Assembly: GCA_963663965.2 (NCBI GenBank)
Contig: CAXXFK010000036.1
Location: 32,001-96,000 of the forward strand
Direction: 5' to 3'
From: Sedimentisphaerales bacterium
GTDB lineage: Bacteria > Planctomycetota > Phycisphaerae > Sedimentisphaerales > SM23-30
DNA: 64,000 bases
Shown: in pieces, positions 21,054 through 31,214 of the stretch
How positions within the stretch are numbered: position 1 is the stretch's first letter
Layout: every line of letters starts with the position of its first letter
Position numbers and translations under genes: made by a program
The notes under the pieces: generated by a model
The model's input: the letters and a program-made list of their open reading frames with translations, nothing else
Databases searched by the model: none
What the model was told of the DNA's origin: nothing

Positions 21054-23204
21054 ATGAGGTTTGTTGTTTTGTGTTTATTGGCGATGGGATGGGGGGTGGC
21101 TGGTTGTCTGGGGGCTGAGGTTGAGGGGCGTGAGCCGCTGTACCGGGAGTCGTTGCGGCCGCAGTTTCATTTTACGGCGCGGTACTGGGATGAGTATCAG
21201 TTGAATCCGCCGAATCATCATGAGGGATGGATAAACGATCTGAACGGGCTGGTCTATAACCAGGGGGAATATCATCTGTTCGCACAGCGGTGGTGGTCGG
21301 CGTGGCTGCACGCGGTGAGCCGGGATCTGATCCACTGGGAGGAGATGCGGCCGGCGTTTGGGAAGGGCGGGCCGTTCGGTGGGACGCAGTCGGGGGGCGG
21401 GGTGGTGGATGTGCATAACTGTTCGGGATTGGGAAAGGGCGATGAACCACCGATGATCGCGTTCTGGAGCAGTACGGATAATTTGAATCAGTGTATTTCG
21501 TATAGTCTGGACCGGGGGCGGACCTGGACGAAGTATGAGAAGAACCCGGTATTGGTGCATCCGTATCGTGATCCGCGGGTGTTCTGGTATGAGCCGGATC
21601 AGAAGTGGGTATTGATCCTCTATGGGCCGTCGGATGAAGGGCGGCGGGTGTTGCGCTATGGTTTTAATGGGGAAGAGAATGATGCGCATGATTTACGCGC
21701 GTACAATGATGAGCAGTGGATGGTATCGGTGGTACGAGTTTGCGCGGATGGTCAAGTCGTGGTGAACGATACGGAGGGGAGAAGCGACGGGCGGATCGAT
21801 ATCGGCAGGCTGAATATCGGGACGGAGGCGTTTTATGTGGGGGCGAAGGCGAACGGTTCGGAGTATCTGAAAGGGGAGATTGGGGAGGTGCTGGTGTATG
21901 ACCGGGTGTTGTCGGATGAGGAAACGGAATGGACGCTGGGCAGGTTGCGGACGAAGTGGGGATTGTGCGACGACAAAAGTGATGGCAAGCTGGTATCGGA
22001 TGGGCTGGTGATGCATCTGGATGGGGGGGAAGGTGTGGTTGAAAATGGGGGGCGAGTGACCGGTTGGAGGGATTTGTCGGGATTGGGGCATGATGTGAAG
22101 GTGGCGGGGGACGGGGGTATGCCCGGATATATCGAAAATGGGTTGAATGGGCGGCCAGTGGTGCGGTTTGAGGGTGGGCAGGTATTACGCGGACCGGCGG
22201 TGCTGGGGGAGGGAGATGATACGTTTACGATGGTGGCATTGTGGCGGCGGGACCGGGCGGATGGGTCGCAGGTGGTGTGTGAGCAGAATATCGGGCGGCG
22301 TGAGGCCGGGCGGCGGACGGCGCTGTTGACGGTGTGCCGGGAGGAACGGGAGAATGTGTATCTGCTGTTTGAGTCGAGGAATCTGCTGGAGTGGAAGAAA
22401 CTGGACAGTTCGATTCCGAACTCATTTGAGTGTCCGGATATGTTTGTGCTGCCGGTGGAAGGTGAGCGGGATCGGAAGGTGTGGGTGGTGATCGATGGGA
22501 ATGGGGATTATGTGACGGGGCAGTTTGACGGCAAACAATTTACCGGCACCGCGCCGAAACGGAAAGGGGATTATGGGCGGAATTTTTACGCGACGATGAC
22601 CTTTGAGAATATGCCGAAGAGCGATCCGAGACGGATCCAACTGGCCTGGATGCGAGGGTGGGATGATTATCCCAAGACGATGCCGTTTAATCAGCAGGTC
22701 AGTTTTCCGTGCGAATTGACGTTGCGGCAGGTGGGAGAGGCGTTGGTGTTGTGCCGGTATCCGATCGATGAGATTAAGCGGCTTTACCGGGATACCTTCC
22801 GGTTGGAAAACCAGAGGCTGAGGCCGGGCGAGAATCCGCTGGCGGGGTTGGAAGGGGAGTTGTTTGATATTTCGATGACGGTGGATGTGGCGAAATCGAA
22901 GGCGTCGGCGCTGACGCTGCATATGCGGGGGAATGAGGTGCGCTATGATATCACGCGCGGGGTTTTAGCATCGGTGGGATCGGAGGTGGTTCTGACGCCG
23001 AGGGATGGGCTGGTTGAGATCCGGGTGTTGATGGACCGGTTATCGATTGAGAGCTATGGGAACCGGGGCGAGGTGTCGATTACGAATATCGCCTATCAGC
23101 AGGATGGCCGGCCGGATCTGGCACTGGAGGCGGTGGGGGGTGAGGTTCGGATTGTGTCGCTGGTGTCTTGCAAGTTGGGATCGATGTGGGTATATGGAGG
23201 ATGA
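21054..23204 (+). CDS. GH32 (beta-fructofuranosidase/levanase-type) glycoside hydrolase with an internal LamG-like insert
   Basis: RPQFHF, WINDLNG (nucleophile motif), SGGGVVD, RDP, ECPD and C-terminal D..SIE.Y beta-sandwich; signal peptide. Confidence 0.88.
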   Translation: MRFVVLCLLAMGWGVAGCLGAEVEGREPLYRESLRPQFHFTARYWDEYQLNPPNHHEGWINDLNGLVYNQGEYHLFAQRWWSAWLHAVSRDLIHWEEMRPAFGKGGPFGGTQSGGGVVDVHNCSGLGKGDEPPMIAFWSSTDNLNQCISYSLDRGRTWTKYEKNPVLVHPYRDPRVFWYEPDQKWVLILYGPSDEGRRVLRYGFNGEENDAHDLRAYNDEQWMVSVVRVCADGQVVVNDTEGRSDGRIDIGRLNIGTEAFYVGAKANGSEYLKGEIGEVLVYDRVLSDEETEWTLGRLRTKWGLCDDKSDGKLVSDGLVMHLDGGEGVVENGGRVTGWRDLSGLGHDVKVAGDGGMPGYIENGLNGRPVVRFEGGQVLRGPAVLGEGDDTFTMVALWRRDRADGSQVVCEQNIGRREAGRRTALLTVCREERENVYLLFESRNLLEWKKLDSSIPNSFECPDMFVLPVEGERDRKVWVVIDGNGDYVTGQFDGKQFTGTAPKRKGDYGRNFYATMTFENMPKSDPRRIQLAWMRGWDDYPKTMPFNQQVSFPCELTLRQVGEALVLCRYPIDEIKRLYRDTFRLENQRLRPGENPLAGLEGELFDISMTVDVAKSKASALTLHMRGNEVRYDITRGVLASVGSEVVLTPRDGLVEIRVLMDRLSIESYGNRGEVSITNIAYQQDGRPDLALEAVGGEVRIVSLVSCKLGSMWVYGG

Positions 23205-23208
23205 CAGG

Positions 23209-24495
23209 TCAGGGAATAAACTCGTCGGCGCCGATGTCTGTGGGGGGATGGCGGGGAGTGAGGTCGATGTCGTCGGTAATGGCGTTGAGGGGACGGGCCT
23301 GGTCGATGGCGGCGGTTGCCAAGGGGGTGAGGTGGAGGTTGCCGCGGGCCGGATCGACGAACCAGGAGGGGATGGGTTTGATGAGATTGCCGGCCAGATC
23401 GATGGGGCCGGGATCGCCTTCGATAGAGAGGCGGGGGCCGCTGAACAGGTTGTTTTTGACGATGAGGTTATCGTTGGCGTGGACGACGCGGAGCAGGCGG
23501 CCATTAGGACTGTCCGGATCGTGAATGGAGTTATGGATGATGATACAGTCGCGGGTATGGTCGGTGACGATATTGCTTTCGGGACAGCGGGTAATAAAAT
23601 TGTTGCGGACGATGACGTGATTGCAATGGCGGCGCGGACCGCGAGCGCTGGAGTTGCCCAGGGCAATGCCGGTATCGCAATCGATGATGATATTACGTTC
23701 GATGATACAGTTCCGGCAGTTGTGCCAGAGGAAGATAGCGCCGCGGGCCTCGGCGGTTTTGCCGTGGATGTTGAGAAAAACGTTGTCGCTGATGGTCCAG
23801 TCAGAGGCGTTCATGATGTCGATGCCGCCAATGTAATTGTAGCCCATAGGGGAGCCTTGATTGGCATCTTCCCAGGGATCATCGCCGTGCTGCTTGGGGC
23901 GGTCATTATAGAAAAGGCAATATTGCACACGGCAGGCGTTGACCCATTGGGGGGCGTTATCACTATCGGGGACTTTGGGGCCTTTGATGTGGCGCTGCCA
24001 GATGTTGTGGCTGATGATGTTATAGATGGTGGCGTGATGGGCGTTGAGGTCGGAGTTGATTTTGATACCGTTCTGGGTGACGTTCTGGATGGTGAGGTTG
24101 GCGATAGTAACACCAGCAGCATGGCTGATGGCGATACCCTCGCCGTGGATACTGTTGGCGAAATCAAGTACGACACTGGACCGGTTGCCGGATCCGCCGC
24201 GCAGGGTGACCTGGTCGGTTTGCAGGGTCAGGGTGCGGGACATGGAGTAATGGCCGTCGGTAAGCAGAATGGTTGTGCCGGATTGAAGACTGGCGGCGGC
24301 CTGGTAGAGTTCGGCGGGGGTGGAGATTTTGATGACCGGACCGGAGGGCGGCTGCAGCGGGGGCGCCTGGGGGTACCAGGACTGTTGGAGTATTTCCGGG
24401 GGGACTTCCGCCCTGAGAAGGGATGTTATTAAGATGGCGGACAGGAACGTCTGGACCAGGATCGGATGGTTAAGTTGTCGATAGATTCTTTTCAT
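23209..24495 (-). CDS. Secreted right-handed parallel beta-helix protein (pectate-lyase-like fold)
   Basis: Repeated I..N motifs (ISDNVF, IERNII, VRNNFI, VKNNLF), GTTILL.DG.Y and C-terminal FVD...GNLHL...AID...D..LTPR...DIGADE. Confidence 0.8.
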   Translation of the reverse strand: MKRIYRQLNHPILVQTFLSAILITSLLRAEVPPEILQQSWYPQAPPLQPPSGPVIKISTPAELYQAAASLQSGTTILLTDGHYSMSRTLTLQTDQVTLRGGSGNRSSVVLDFANSIHGEGIAISHAAGVTIANLTIQNVTQNGIKINSDLNAHHATIYNIISHNIWQRHIKGPKVPDSDNAPQWVNACRVQYCLFYNDRPKQHGDDPWEDANQGSPMGYNYIGGIDIMNASDWTISDNVFLNIHGKTAEARGAIFLWHNCRNCIIERNIIIDCDTGIALGNSSARGPRRHCNHVIVRNNFITRCPESNIVTDHTRDCIIIHNSIHDPDSPNGRLLRVVHANDNLIVKNNLFSGPRLSIEGDPGPIDLAGNLIKPIPSWFVDPARGNLHLTPLATAAIDQARPLNAITDDIDLTPRHPPTDIGADEFIP

Positions 24496-24612
24496 AAGAA
24501 TCACACACAAAAAGTTCTTAAGAAAGAATAAACATGTGGATCACTATCCGTTTACCACTGCCTAAGACATGATGAAAATCATTATTGTCAGGCAATTAAA
24601 AAACCAGTCAGG

Positions 24613-26514
24613 TCATTTCCAGAACTGCCACCATTTTTTAGAAGATTTTGTCGATACGGGGGCCGGCTCGGGCTCTGGTTGTAACTTGTTCGGGGTATGA
24701 ACTGGCTGTTTTTTCGCCGGGGGTTGACCGTTGACATGGATAGTGAGTCCAGGAGAGTCAGATAGTGACTCACCTGTGGTCTGGAGATCGATGACAACGA
24801 AATCGCCCTTGAGACTGACTGCCAAAAGGTAACGCTGAGAAAGCAAGGCCATATGATAAGCTTCAAAGTTTATCGGAGCAACGGCCTGCATGGTTTTTTG
24901 TTTTCTATCACATTTCCAGACCGCATCAGGTTGTCCGGCCAGATAGATGGTGTTCAGTGCGTCATCGCCTGGAATCAGGGTGAAAAATGGTTGATGCGTC
25001 CGGGGATTCGACAAATCAATCGGATCACCATCTTGATTGCCCTGATCATCCACCCATAGCAGGATTGGGGACATCATTTCCGAACACCAGAGGCTTCGGT
25101 CCCTGCTGTTAATCAAATGATGACAGCAATAGCCGGGCATCCCATACTGGTACATATCCAGATGGATATGGTATTCATTTGGATTACTGAAACGATAGAC
25201 CATTTGTGAGGCATACTGACCGGCAATGAGATCCCCGTAGTCATTAAAATAAAATACCTCGAAGGAGCCTGAATAGGAGTTAGGCACGGGAAACTGTCCT
25301 AATGTTATTTCTTCCTGGTAGTCGTAAATTACCAGTTCAGTCCTATCGGCAATGGCTACATGAGGATGGCAGGGAGACAGGGCGATTCGTTCCGGGTTTT
25401 CTATGGGGCAATGGCAGGTGACGTTGGCGCCCTCCAGTTCAATATGCAGTTCGGAGGCCAGGGCGTAAGCTTGTCCATGAGGCGCAATATACACGCAATC
25501 GCAGGACAGATCTTGTTCGATGATCTGGATATCGATGACGGGCAGGTCCGGGTTGTCTTTCAAATCGAAGGAGAAGAGCTGTGCACTATTTTTATCGAAA
25601 AGGAAACGGCCGTTGGCGCCGGCTTGTTCCAGAGACTCAAGCGGGCCGTCATCGCTGTATTCGTTCAATTTGCCTTCCGCGACAATCGGGCAAGCCAGGT
25701 CATTCAAAACGGTGGCATTGATACCGGTTAGCCTTGGTGGTTCCTGGCTGATTGCCGGGGAGGCATCCGGTCGGGTTTTCTTTGCCGCGCTTTGAGGTGT
25801 GTCAGAATTTTCTGGCAGAACCGGGTTGATTTCCATCGGCATGATATCATAAACACACTGGACAGATCGCCGATAATCCCTTGAGTATGCCGATAAATCA
25901 TCGTGAAATTGCAGAACAGAGGCCAGTTCCTCTTGTAAGGCTTGGCGGCATTCCAACGGCAGCGCCAGGTCGATGTCATAGACGGCTTGAGGGGAGGTTG
26001 CCTCCTGGTATTGCCCAGTACTGGTATCGTAAAAGCTGGTGGTGCTCATACTGCGATCGGCAATTGTCACCACCAGGGTATTGTTTGTGAACGCGTCTTG
26101 ATAAAGCTTTACCGTGGTGTCCCGTTCATCCAGACCGTTAATCATCTCCAGGAAAGGGTTCGGTTTGCCAAAAGCTTCGCGTAAAGAACCCGATTCCATT
26201 CCAACATAGATGCCGACCAATCCGCCATATTGAGTTCTGAAGAAGGAAAACGCGATTTTGATATCTCCTTCAATCAGTTTGCCGGTATAATCGTCTAACC
26301 GGGTCAACAGGAATGGTCCCTGATCGGAATCCAACCGGAAAAAACCGGCGCCATGTTTATTGATGGTTAAATGTCGATAATTGGCCGAGAGTAACAGGGT
26401 GCCAAATCGAGATGCTTTATGCATGCCCTGGGGGACGCAAAGCACCACCTGACGTAAATTTTTATCTGGATCTTCGGCAAAATACCATTTCAAGTTGGAT
26501 TGATCGTCACTCAT
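24613..26514 (-). CDS. Hypothetical protein (probable C-terminal beta-propeller; ends KKWWQFWK)
   Basis: 633-aa ORF with AAGGA upstream; IALSP..PHVAIA-type blade motifs; aromatic/basic C-terminal tail. Confidence 0.6.
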   Translation of the reverse strand: MSDDQSNLKWYFAEDPDKNLRQVVLCVPQGMHKASRFGTLLLSANYRHLTINKHGAGFFRLDSDQGPFLLTRLDDYTGKLIEGDIKIAFSFFRTQYGGLVGIYVGMESGSLREAFGKPNPFLEMINGLDERDTTVKLYQDAFTNNTLVVTIADRSMSTTSFYDTSTGQYQEATSPQAVYDIDLALPLECRQALQEELASVLQFHDDLSAYSRDYRRSVQCVYDIMPMEINPVLPENSDTPQSAAKKTRPDASPAISQEPPRLTGINATVLNDLACPIVAEGKLNEYSDDGPLESLEQAGANGRFLFDKNSAQLFSFDLKDNPDLPVIDIQIIEQDLSCDCVYIAPHGQAYALASELHIELEGANVTCHCPIENPERIALSPCHPHVAIADRTELVIYDYQEEITLGQFPVPNSYSGSFEVFYFNDYGDLIAGQYASQMVYRFSNPNEYHIHLDMYQYGMPGYCCHHLINSRDRSLWCSEMMSPILLWVDDQGNQDGDPIDLSNPRTHQPFFTLIPGDDALNTIYLAGQPDAVWKCDRKQKTMQAVAPINFEAYHMALLSQRYLLAVSLKGDFVVIDLQTTGESLSDSPGLTIHVNGQPPAKKQPVHTPNKLQPEPEPAPVSTKSSKKWWQFWK

Positions 26515-26774
26515 AGATTTTCCTTTGGGCTATTAAAGGGTACCTATAGAAATTTATTCTGGCGGGCAACTAGTTTTCATCAGGTTATATTGGGTGGAAA
26601 CTGCCTGCCAGGGGTTTGAGGAAAATAGCGGTTTTCCTATGGCCGGATCATTGGTAAATATCCAGTCGTTGCGATCCAGAGGGAGATCCCGCTTATAACA
26701 CAATTATTCGGCAAAATACCTTTTGGTAAAGATTCCTGCAGGGTAAAAGTATACTGAAACTTTTTTGGAAACTA

Positions 26775-28028
26775 TTAAACAGGAATAGGAAATTGCTGAC
26801 AGAGTTCGCGGGTTTCGTTGCGAACCGCTTCGATGACCCTGGTGTCACCGCCGGAGCTGAGGATCCGGTCGAACCAGCCGGCGATCTGAACCATGTGGTC
26901 TTCTTTGAGACCGCGGGTGGTGATGGCGGGGGTGCCGACCCGGATCCCGCTGGCTTCCATGGCTTTGCGGGTGTCGAAGGGGATGAGGTTCTTGTTGACG
27001 ACAATCCCGCCATCATGGAGCCAGGTTTCGGCGGCGGCGCCGGTGAGATTTTCGTTATAGGGGCGCAGGTCGACCAGGACGAGATGGTTGTCGGAACCGC
27101 CGGAGCAGAGGCGGAAGCCTTTACTGAGTAGGGCTTCGGCAAGGGTATGACAGTTTTTGACGACCTGTTCGATATATTGTTTGAATTCCGGCCGGGAGGC
27201 TTCGGCGAAGGCAACCGCTTTGGCGGCGATGATATGACAGAGAGGCCCGCCCTGCATGCCGGGGAAGACGGCGGAATTGACCTTTTTGGCCCATTCTTCC
27301 TTGCACATGGCAATGCCGGAACGGGGGCCGCGCAGGGTTTTGTGGGTGGTGCTGGTAACGAAATCGCAGACGGGAACGGGATCGGGATGGAATCCGGTGC
27401 AGACCAGTCCGGCGATGTGGGCGATATCGGCCATGAGCAGGGCGCCGGTGTCTTTGGCGATCTGGCTGAGACGGTCGAAATCGATGACGCGCGGGTAGGC
27501 GCTGGCGCCGCAGACAATGAGTTTGGGTTTATGTTCGCGGGCGAGCTGGTGGACCTGGTCGTAGTCGATGGTTTCGGTTTTGGGATCGACGCCGTAAGAG
27601 ACGACGTTATAGAGCCGGCCGCTGAAGTTAAGTTTGAAACCGTGGGTGAGGTGGCCGCCGTGGGAGAGGTCCATGGCGAGCATGGTATCGCCGGGATCCA
27701 TGCAGGCAAAATAAGCGGCCATATTGGCCTGACTGCCGGAGTGGGGCTGGACGTTGGCATGATCGCAACCGAAGAGGGCTTTGCAGCGGTCGATGGCGAG
27801 GGTTTCGACCTGGTCGACGTTTTCGCAACCCCCGTAATAACGTTTGGCGGGGTAGCCTTCGGCGTATTTGTTGGTAAGGCAGCTGCCGCCGGCGATGGTA
27901 ACGGCGGGTGATGCATGATTTTCGGAGGCGATCATTTCGAGCATGGACTGCTGGCGTCGCTCTTCCTTGGCGATCAGGTCGTAAATGGCGGGGTCACTAT
28001 TTTTGAGGTATTCGGCTGATCCAAACAC
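26775..28028 (-). CDS. glyA: Serine hydroxymethyltransferase
   Basis: [49 protein letters not shown] (PLP lysine), PGMQGGP. GTG start at 28028 follows AAGGAG. Confidence 0.97.
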   Translation of the reverse strand: MFGSAEYLKNSDPAIYDLIAKEERRQQSMLEMIASENHASPAVTIAGGSCLTNKYAEGYPAKRYYGGCENVDQVETLAIDRCKALFGCDHANVQPHSGSQANMAAYFACMDPGDTMLAMDLSHGGHLTHGFKLNFSGRLYNVVSYGVDPKTETIDYDQVHQLAREHKPKLIVCGASAYPRVIDFDRLSQIAKDTGALLMADIAHIAGLVCTGFHPDPVPVCDFVTSTTHKTLRGPRSGIAMCKEEWAKKVNSAVFPGMQGGPLCHIIAAKAVAFAEASRPEFKQYIEQVVKNCHTLAEALLSKGFRLCSGGSDNHLVLVDLRPYNENLTGAAAETWLHDGGIVVNKNLIPFDTRKAMEASGIRVGTPAITTRGLKEDHMVQIAGWFDRILSSGGDTRVIEAVRNETRELCQQFPIPV

Positions 28029-28315
28029 GGTATGCTCCTTATAAAAAAGACAAACTGTCAAGCTGACAAGGCTAACCATAGCCTGTCAGCCAACCCGTCA
28101 GCCAACTCGTCAGCAACTGTCAAAACAAGTAATTGTTTTTTAACGACTTAGCTGGCGATAAGCTGGATAAGTGTTTCAGTAAAAGATATAATTTATGAAA
28201 AAAATTGCTATAATACAAGGAAATAGTTTATTGTATGAGCCGAGTTAAGTGGATTGTGGGCAATGACAAGGAATTTAGATACTAACTTATTAAATGTGAA
28301 ACAGTTATGGTTAAG

Positions 28316-31189
28316 ATGGCAGACAGTCAGCAGATCGTTCGAGAATTGGGAAGTGAACTGGCCGGACAGGTACTGGGTGATAATCTCACATTGGCGATGT
28401 ATAGTACGGATGCGAGCATCTTTCAGATCCGGCCGGCGTGTGTGGTAATTCCTGAGCATCGAGAAGATGTACAGACCGTAGTACGTTATGCCCGGGAGCA
28501 CGGATTGAGTGTGATCGCGCGGGGTTCGGGCAGCGGTCTGGCGGGTGAGAGTCTGGGTGAGGGGATTGTTCTGGATTTTACCAGTCGGATGAACCGGATG
28601 CTGGGAGTTGATCTGGAACGGGATACGGTGACTGTACAGCCGGGGGTGGTATTGGAATGGCTGAACCGTCAGTTACGGGTTCATGGCAAGATGGTGGGAC
28701 CGGATCCGGCCAGTGGTTCACGGGCCACGTTTGGCGGGATGATCGCCAATAACGCCACCGGGGCGCATTCGCTGGTCTATGGGTATATCGGGGATCATTT
28801 AAAGGGATTGGAGATGGTCTGGAGTGATGGCGAGGCGGATCGCATGAATGGCGCGGGGATGGGGGAGCGATCAACCCGTTACACGGGGCAGGTGGGTGAT
28901 TTGCTGGCGGGAGTGAAAGGGTTGCTGGAAGCGAAGCGGCCGAAGAGTCCGCGGCATGGCAGCGGGTATAATCTGTATGGGACAATGGAAAATAACGGGA
29001 TTAACCTGAGGCAACTGATAGCGGGTTCGGAAGGAACGCTGGGGATTGTGACAGAGGCAGAAATCGGGTTGGTGGATATCCCGAGGGTTAAAATGCTGGC
29101 GCAGCTTAATTTCGATACGCTGGGAGCGATGGCCCGCTGTGTGCCGGCGATTCTGGAACATGATCCGGCGGCGTGCGAATTGATGGATGGGACATTACTG
29201 GAATTGACGCGGGAGGCGCATCCGGATTATCGGGGGGTATTGCCGGATGGTGTGGCGGCTTCGCTGCTGGTTGAACTGGCCGGCGGCAGTGAGGGTGAGG
29301 TTCGTCGACGAATCGAACAATTTGGCGCGGCCATGCGCGGGTTGCCGGTTGCGGCACGGTGCCGGGATATGAAAGAGATTATCAGTGCGACTGATCAGGC
29401 GTTGGTGTGGAAGGCACGCAAGGCGGCGCTGCCGTTATTATTCCGGCGGAAGAGCGCGTATCAGCCGACGCCGATTATTGAAGATGTGGCGGTGCCGCCG
29501 GAGGCGCTGGGAGAGTATCTGGATGGACTGACGGAGATAACCAGGCGGTTAGAGATCCCCATCGCGTATTACGCACATGCGGGTCATGGCGAGATTCATC
29601 CGCGGCCATATTTAGATTTGCATCAGGCGTCCGAGATCAGGAAAATGCGTCAACTGGCGGATGAGGTCTTTAAGCTGGCATGGAAGCTGGGTGGCTCGAT
29701 CAGCGGAGAACATGGCGAAGGACTGGTGCGAGCCGCGTGGATCCGCCAGCAGGTGGGGGATGAGGTGTATGAGGTATTGCGCGGAATTAAAGGGGTATTT
29801 GACCCGGAGAACCGTCTTAATCCGGGCAAGATTATTAATGACGATCCGGATATCATGGAGAAAAATCTTCGGTTTCAGTATCCACGTTTGCGGGAGAACT
29901 GGCCAACAAACTTGGTATTTCGAAAAGATGAGTTCCGGGCGGAGATCGAGCAGTGTAACGGGAATGGTTTGTGCCGGACGGCCGATCCGACGTTGAGTAT
30001 GTGTCCGGTATTTCGGGCGACGGGGGATGAAAAGGCCAGTCCACGGGCGAAGGGTAATCTGATGCGCTGCTGGTTTGACGGGCTGCTGCCGGAGACCATT
30101 ATGCAGACGGCTGAGTTCAAGCAGATCGCGGATTTGTGCATTAACTGCAAGATGTGCGCGTCGGAGTGTCCCTCGCTGGTGAATATCCCCAAGCTGATGA
30201 TGGAGGCACGGGCGGAATATGTCAAGCATCATGGTTTGACGCGTGCGCAGTGGCTGCTGACGCGGAGCGAGTTGTTGAGTATGGCGGGCAGTCTGCTGGG
30301 TCCGGTGTCGAACGCGGTGTTGCGGATGCCGGTGGTTAAGCAGGTGATGGCGATGGCATTCGGGCTGGATCGGCGTCGGGATTTGCCGCCGTTTGACTGG
30401 GGTTGGAACCTGGGCAAGTTGCGGCGCTATCTGAAGCAGTCCGGGCAACCGAAACAGCCGCTGGCACGGGTGGTTTATTTTGTGGATTTATTCGCGAATT
30501 ATAATGATCACGCGTTGGGGCGGGCCACGGTTGATGTGTTGCGGCATCATGATATTGAGGTGGTGATTCCGGCGCAGATGGGTTGCGCGGTACCGGCGGT
30601 GAGTTATGGCGACCTGGGATTCGCGCGGATGGCGATTGAACATAATGTGCGGTCGCTGGTAGAATGGGCAAAGAGGGGATATCAGATTATTTGCAGTGAA
30701 CCGACGGCGGCGCTGGCGTTAAAACATGAATATCTGGATGTAGTCGGTAGCGCGGAGGCGCGACTGGTGAGCGGGCAGACGCGGGAGTTGACGGATTATC
30801 TGTCGGAGTTGCAGCGAAAAGGGCAATTGAAGGCCTTTGAGCGGCCGGTTAATTTAAAGCTGGCGTACCACCGGCCGTGTCATTATGAAGCGCTGGCGGT
30901 TGACGGGGGGACCGTGGCATTATTGAAAGGGATAGAGGGCTTACAGATTGAGCGTTTGCCGGTGAGTTGCTGCGGGATGGCCGGTACGTTTGGATTTCAG
31001 AGCAAGAGTTATGACCTGTCGATAAAGGCGGGCGAGCCAATGTTGCAGGGGTTGCAGGGATCGGATTGCGATTATGGCTTGACGGAGTGTTCGACCTGTA
31101 GAATGCAGATGGAAGGGATCGGACGCAAAAAAACGCTGCATCCGGTTAAGGTACTGGCAGCGGCATGGGGGTATGGGGAGATCGGTTGA
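28316..31189 (+). CDS. FAD-linked oxidase / 4Fe-4S / CCG-domain oxidoreductase (GlcD-GlcF/GlpC-type fusion)
   Basis: RGSGSGLAG, GSEGTLG, HAGHGEIH, SGEHGEG, LNPGK, CNGNGLC...MCP, CINCKMC..ECP and CCGMAG motifs. Confidence 0.9.
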   Translation: MADSQQIVRELGSELAGQVLGDNLTLAMYSTDASIFQIRPACVVIPEHREDVQTVVRYAREHGLSVIARGSGSGLAGESLGEGIVLDFTSRMNRMLGVDLERDTVTVQPGVVLEWLNRQLRVHGKMVGPDPASGSRATFGGMIANNATGAHSLVYGYIGDHLKGLEMVWSDGEADRMNGAGMGERSTRYTGQVGDLLAGVKGLLEAKRPKSPRHGSGYNLYGTMENNGINLRQLIAGSEGTLGIVTEAEIGLVDIPRVKMLAQLNFDTLGAMARCVPAILEHDPAACELMDGTLLELTREAHPDYRGVLPDGVAASLLVELAGGSEGEVRRRIEQFGAAMRGLPVAARCRDMKEIISATDQALVWKARKAALPLLFRRKSAYQPTPIIEDVAVPPEALGEYLDGLTEITRRLEIPIAYYAHAGHGEIHPRPYLDLHQASEIRKMRQLADEVFKLAWKLGGSISGEHGEGLVRAAWIRQQVGDEVYEVLRGIKGVFDPENRLNPGKIINDDPDIMEKNLRFQYPRLRENWPTNLVFRKDEFRAEIEQCNGNGLCRTADPTLSMCPVFRATGDEKASPRAKGNLMRCWFDGLLPETIMQTAEFKQIADLCINCKMCASECPSLVNIPKLMMEARAEYVKHHGLTRAQWLLTRSELLSMAGSLLGPVSNAVLRMPVVKQVMAMAFGLDRRRDLPPFDWGWNLGKLRRYLKQSGQPKQPLARVVYFVDLFANYNDHALGRATVDVLRHHDIEVVIPAQMGCAVPAVSYGDLGFARMAIEHNVRSLVEWAKRGYQIICSEPTAALALKHEYLDVVGSAEARLVSGQTRELTDYLSELQRKGQLKAFERPVNLKLAYHRPCHYEALAVDGGTVALLKGIEGLQIERLPVSCCGMAGTFGFQSKSYDLSIKAGEPMLQGLQGSDCDYGLTECSTCRMQMEGIGRKKTLHPVKVLAAAWGYGEIG

Positions 31190-31214
31190 GAACGGCGCAG
31201 ACTCAGAAGGCGAG

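Noticed and set aside
23047..24432. 461-aa plus-strand ORF
   Set aside because: Antisense shadow of the beta-helix gene; no recognisable motifs.
26693..27916. 407-aa Pro/Ser-rich ORF
   Set aside because: Alternative frame overlapping glyA; composition reflects codon bias.
28030..28200. ZMP/ZTP or other riboswitch upstream of glyA
   Set aside because: The minus-strand leader lacks recognisable ZTP consensus elements (GACUGGCG...GGGAG...CGCCUGGG); only short repeats and a hairpin are present.
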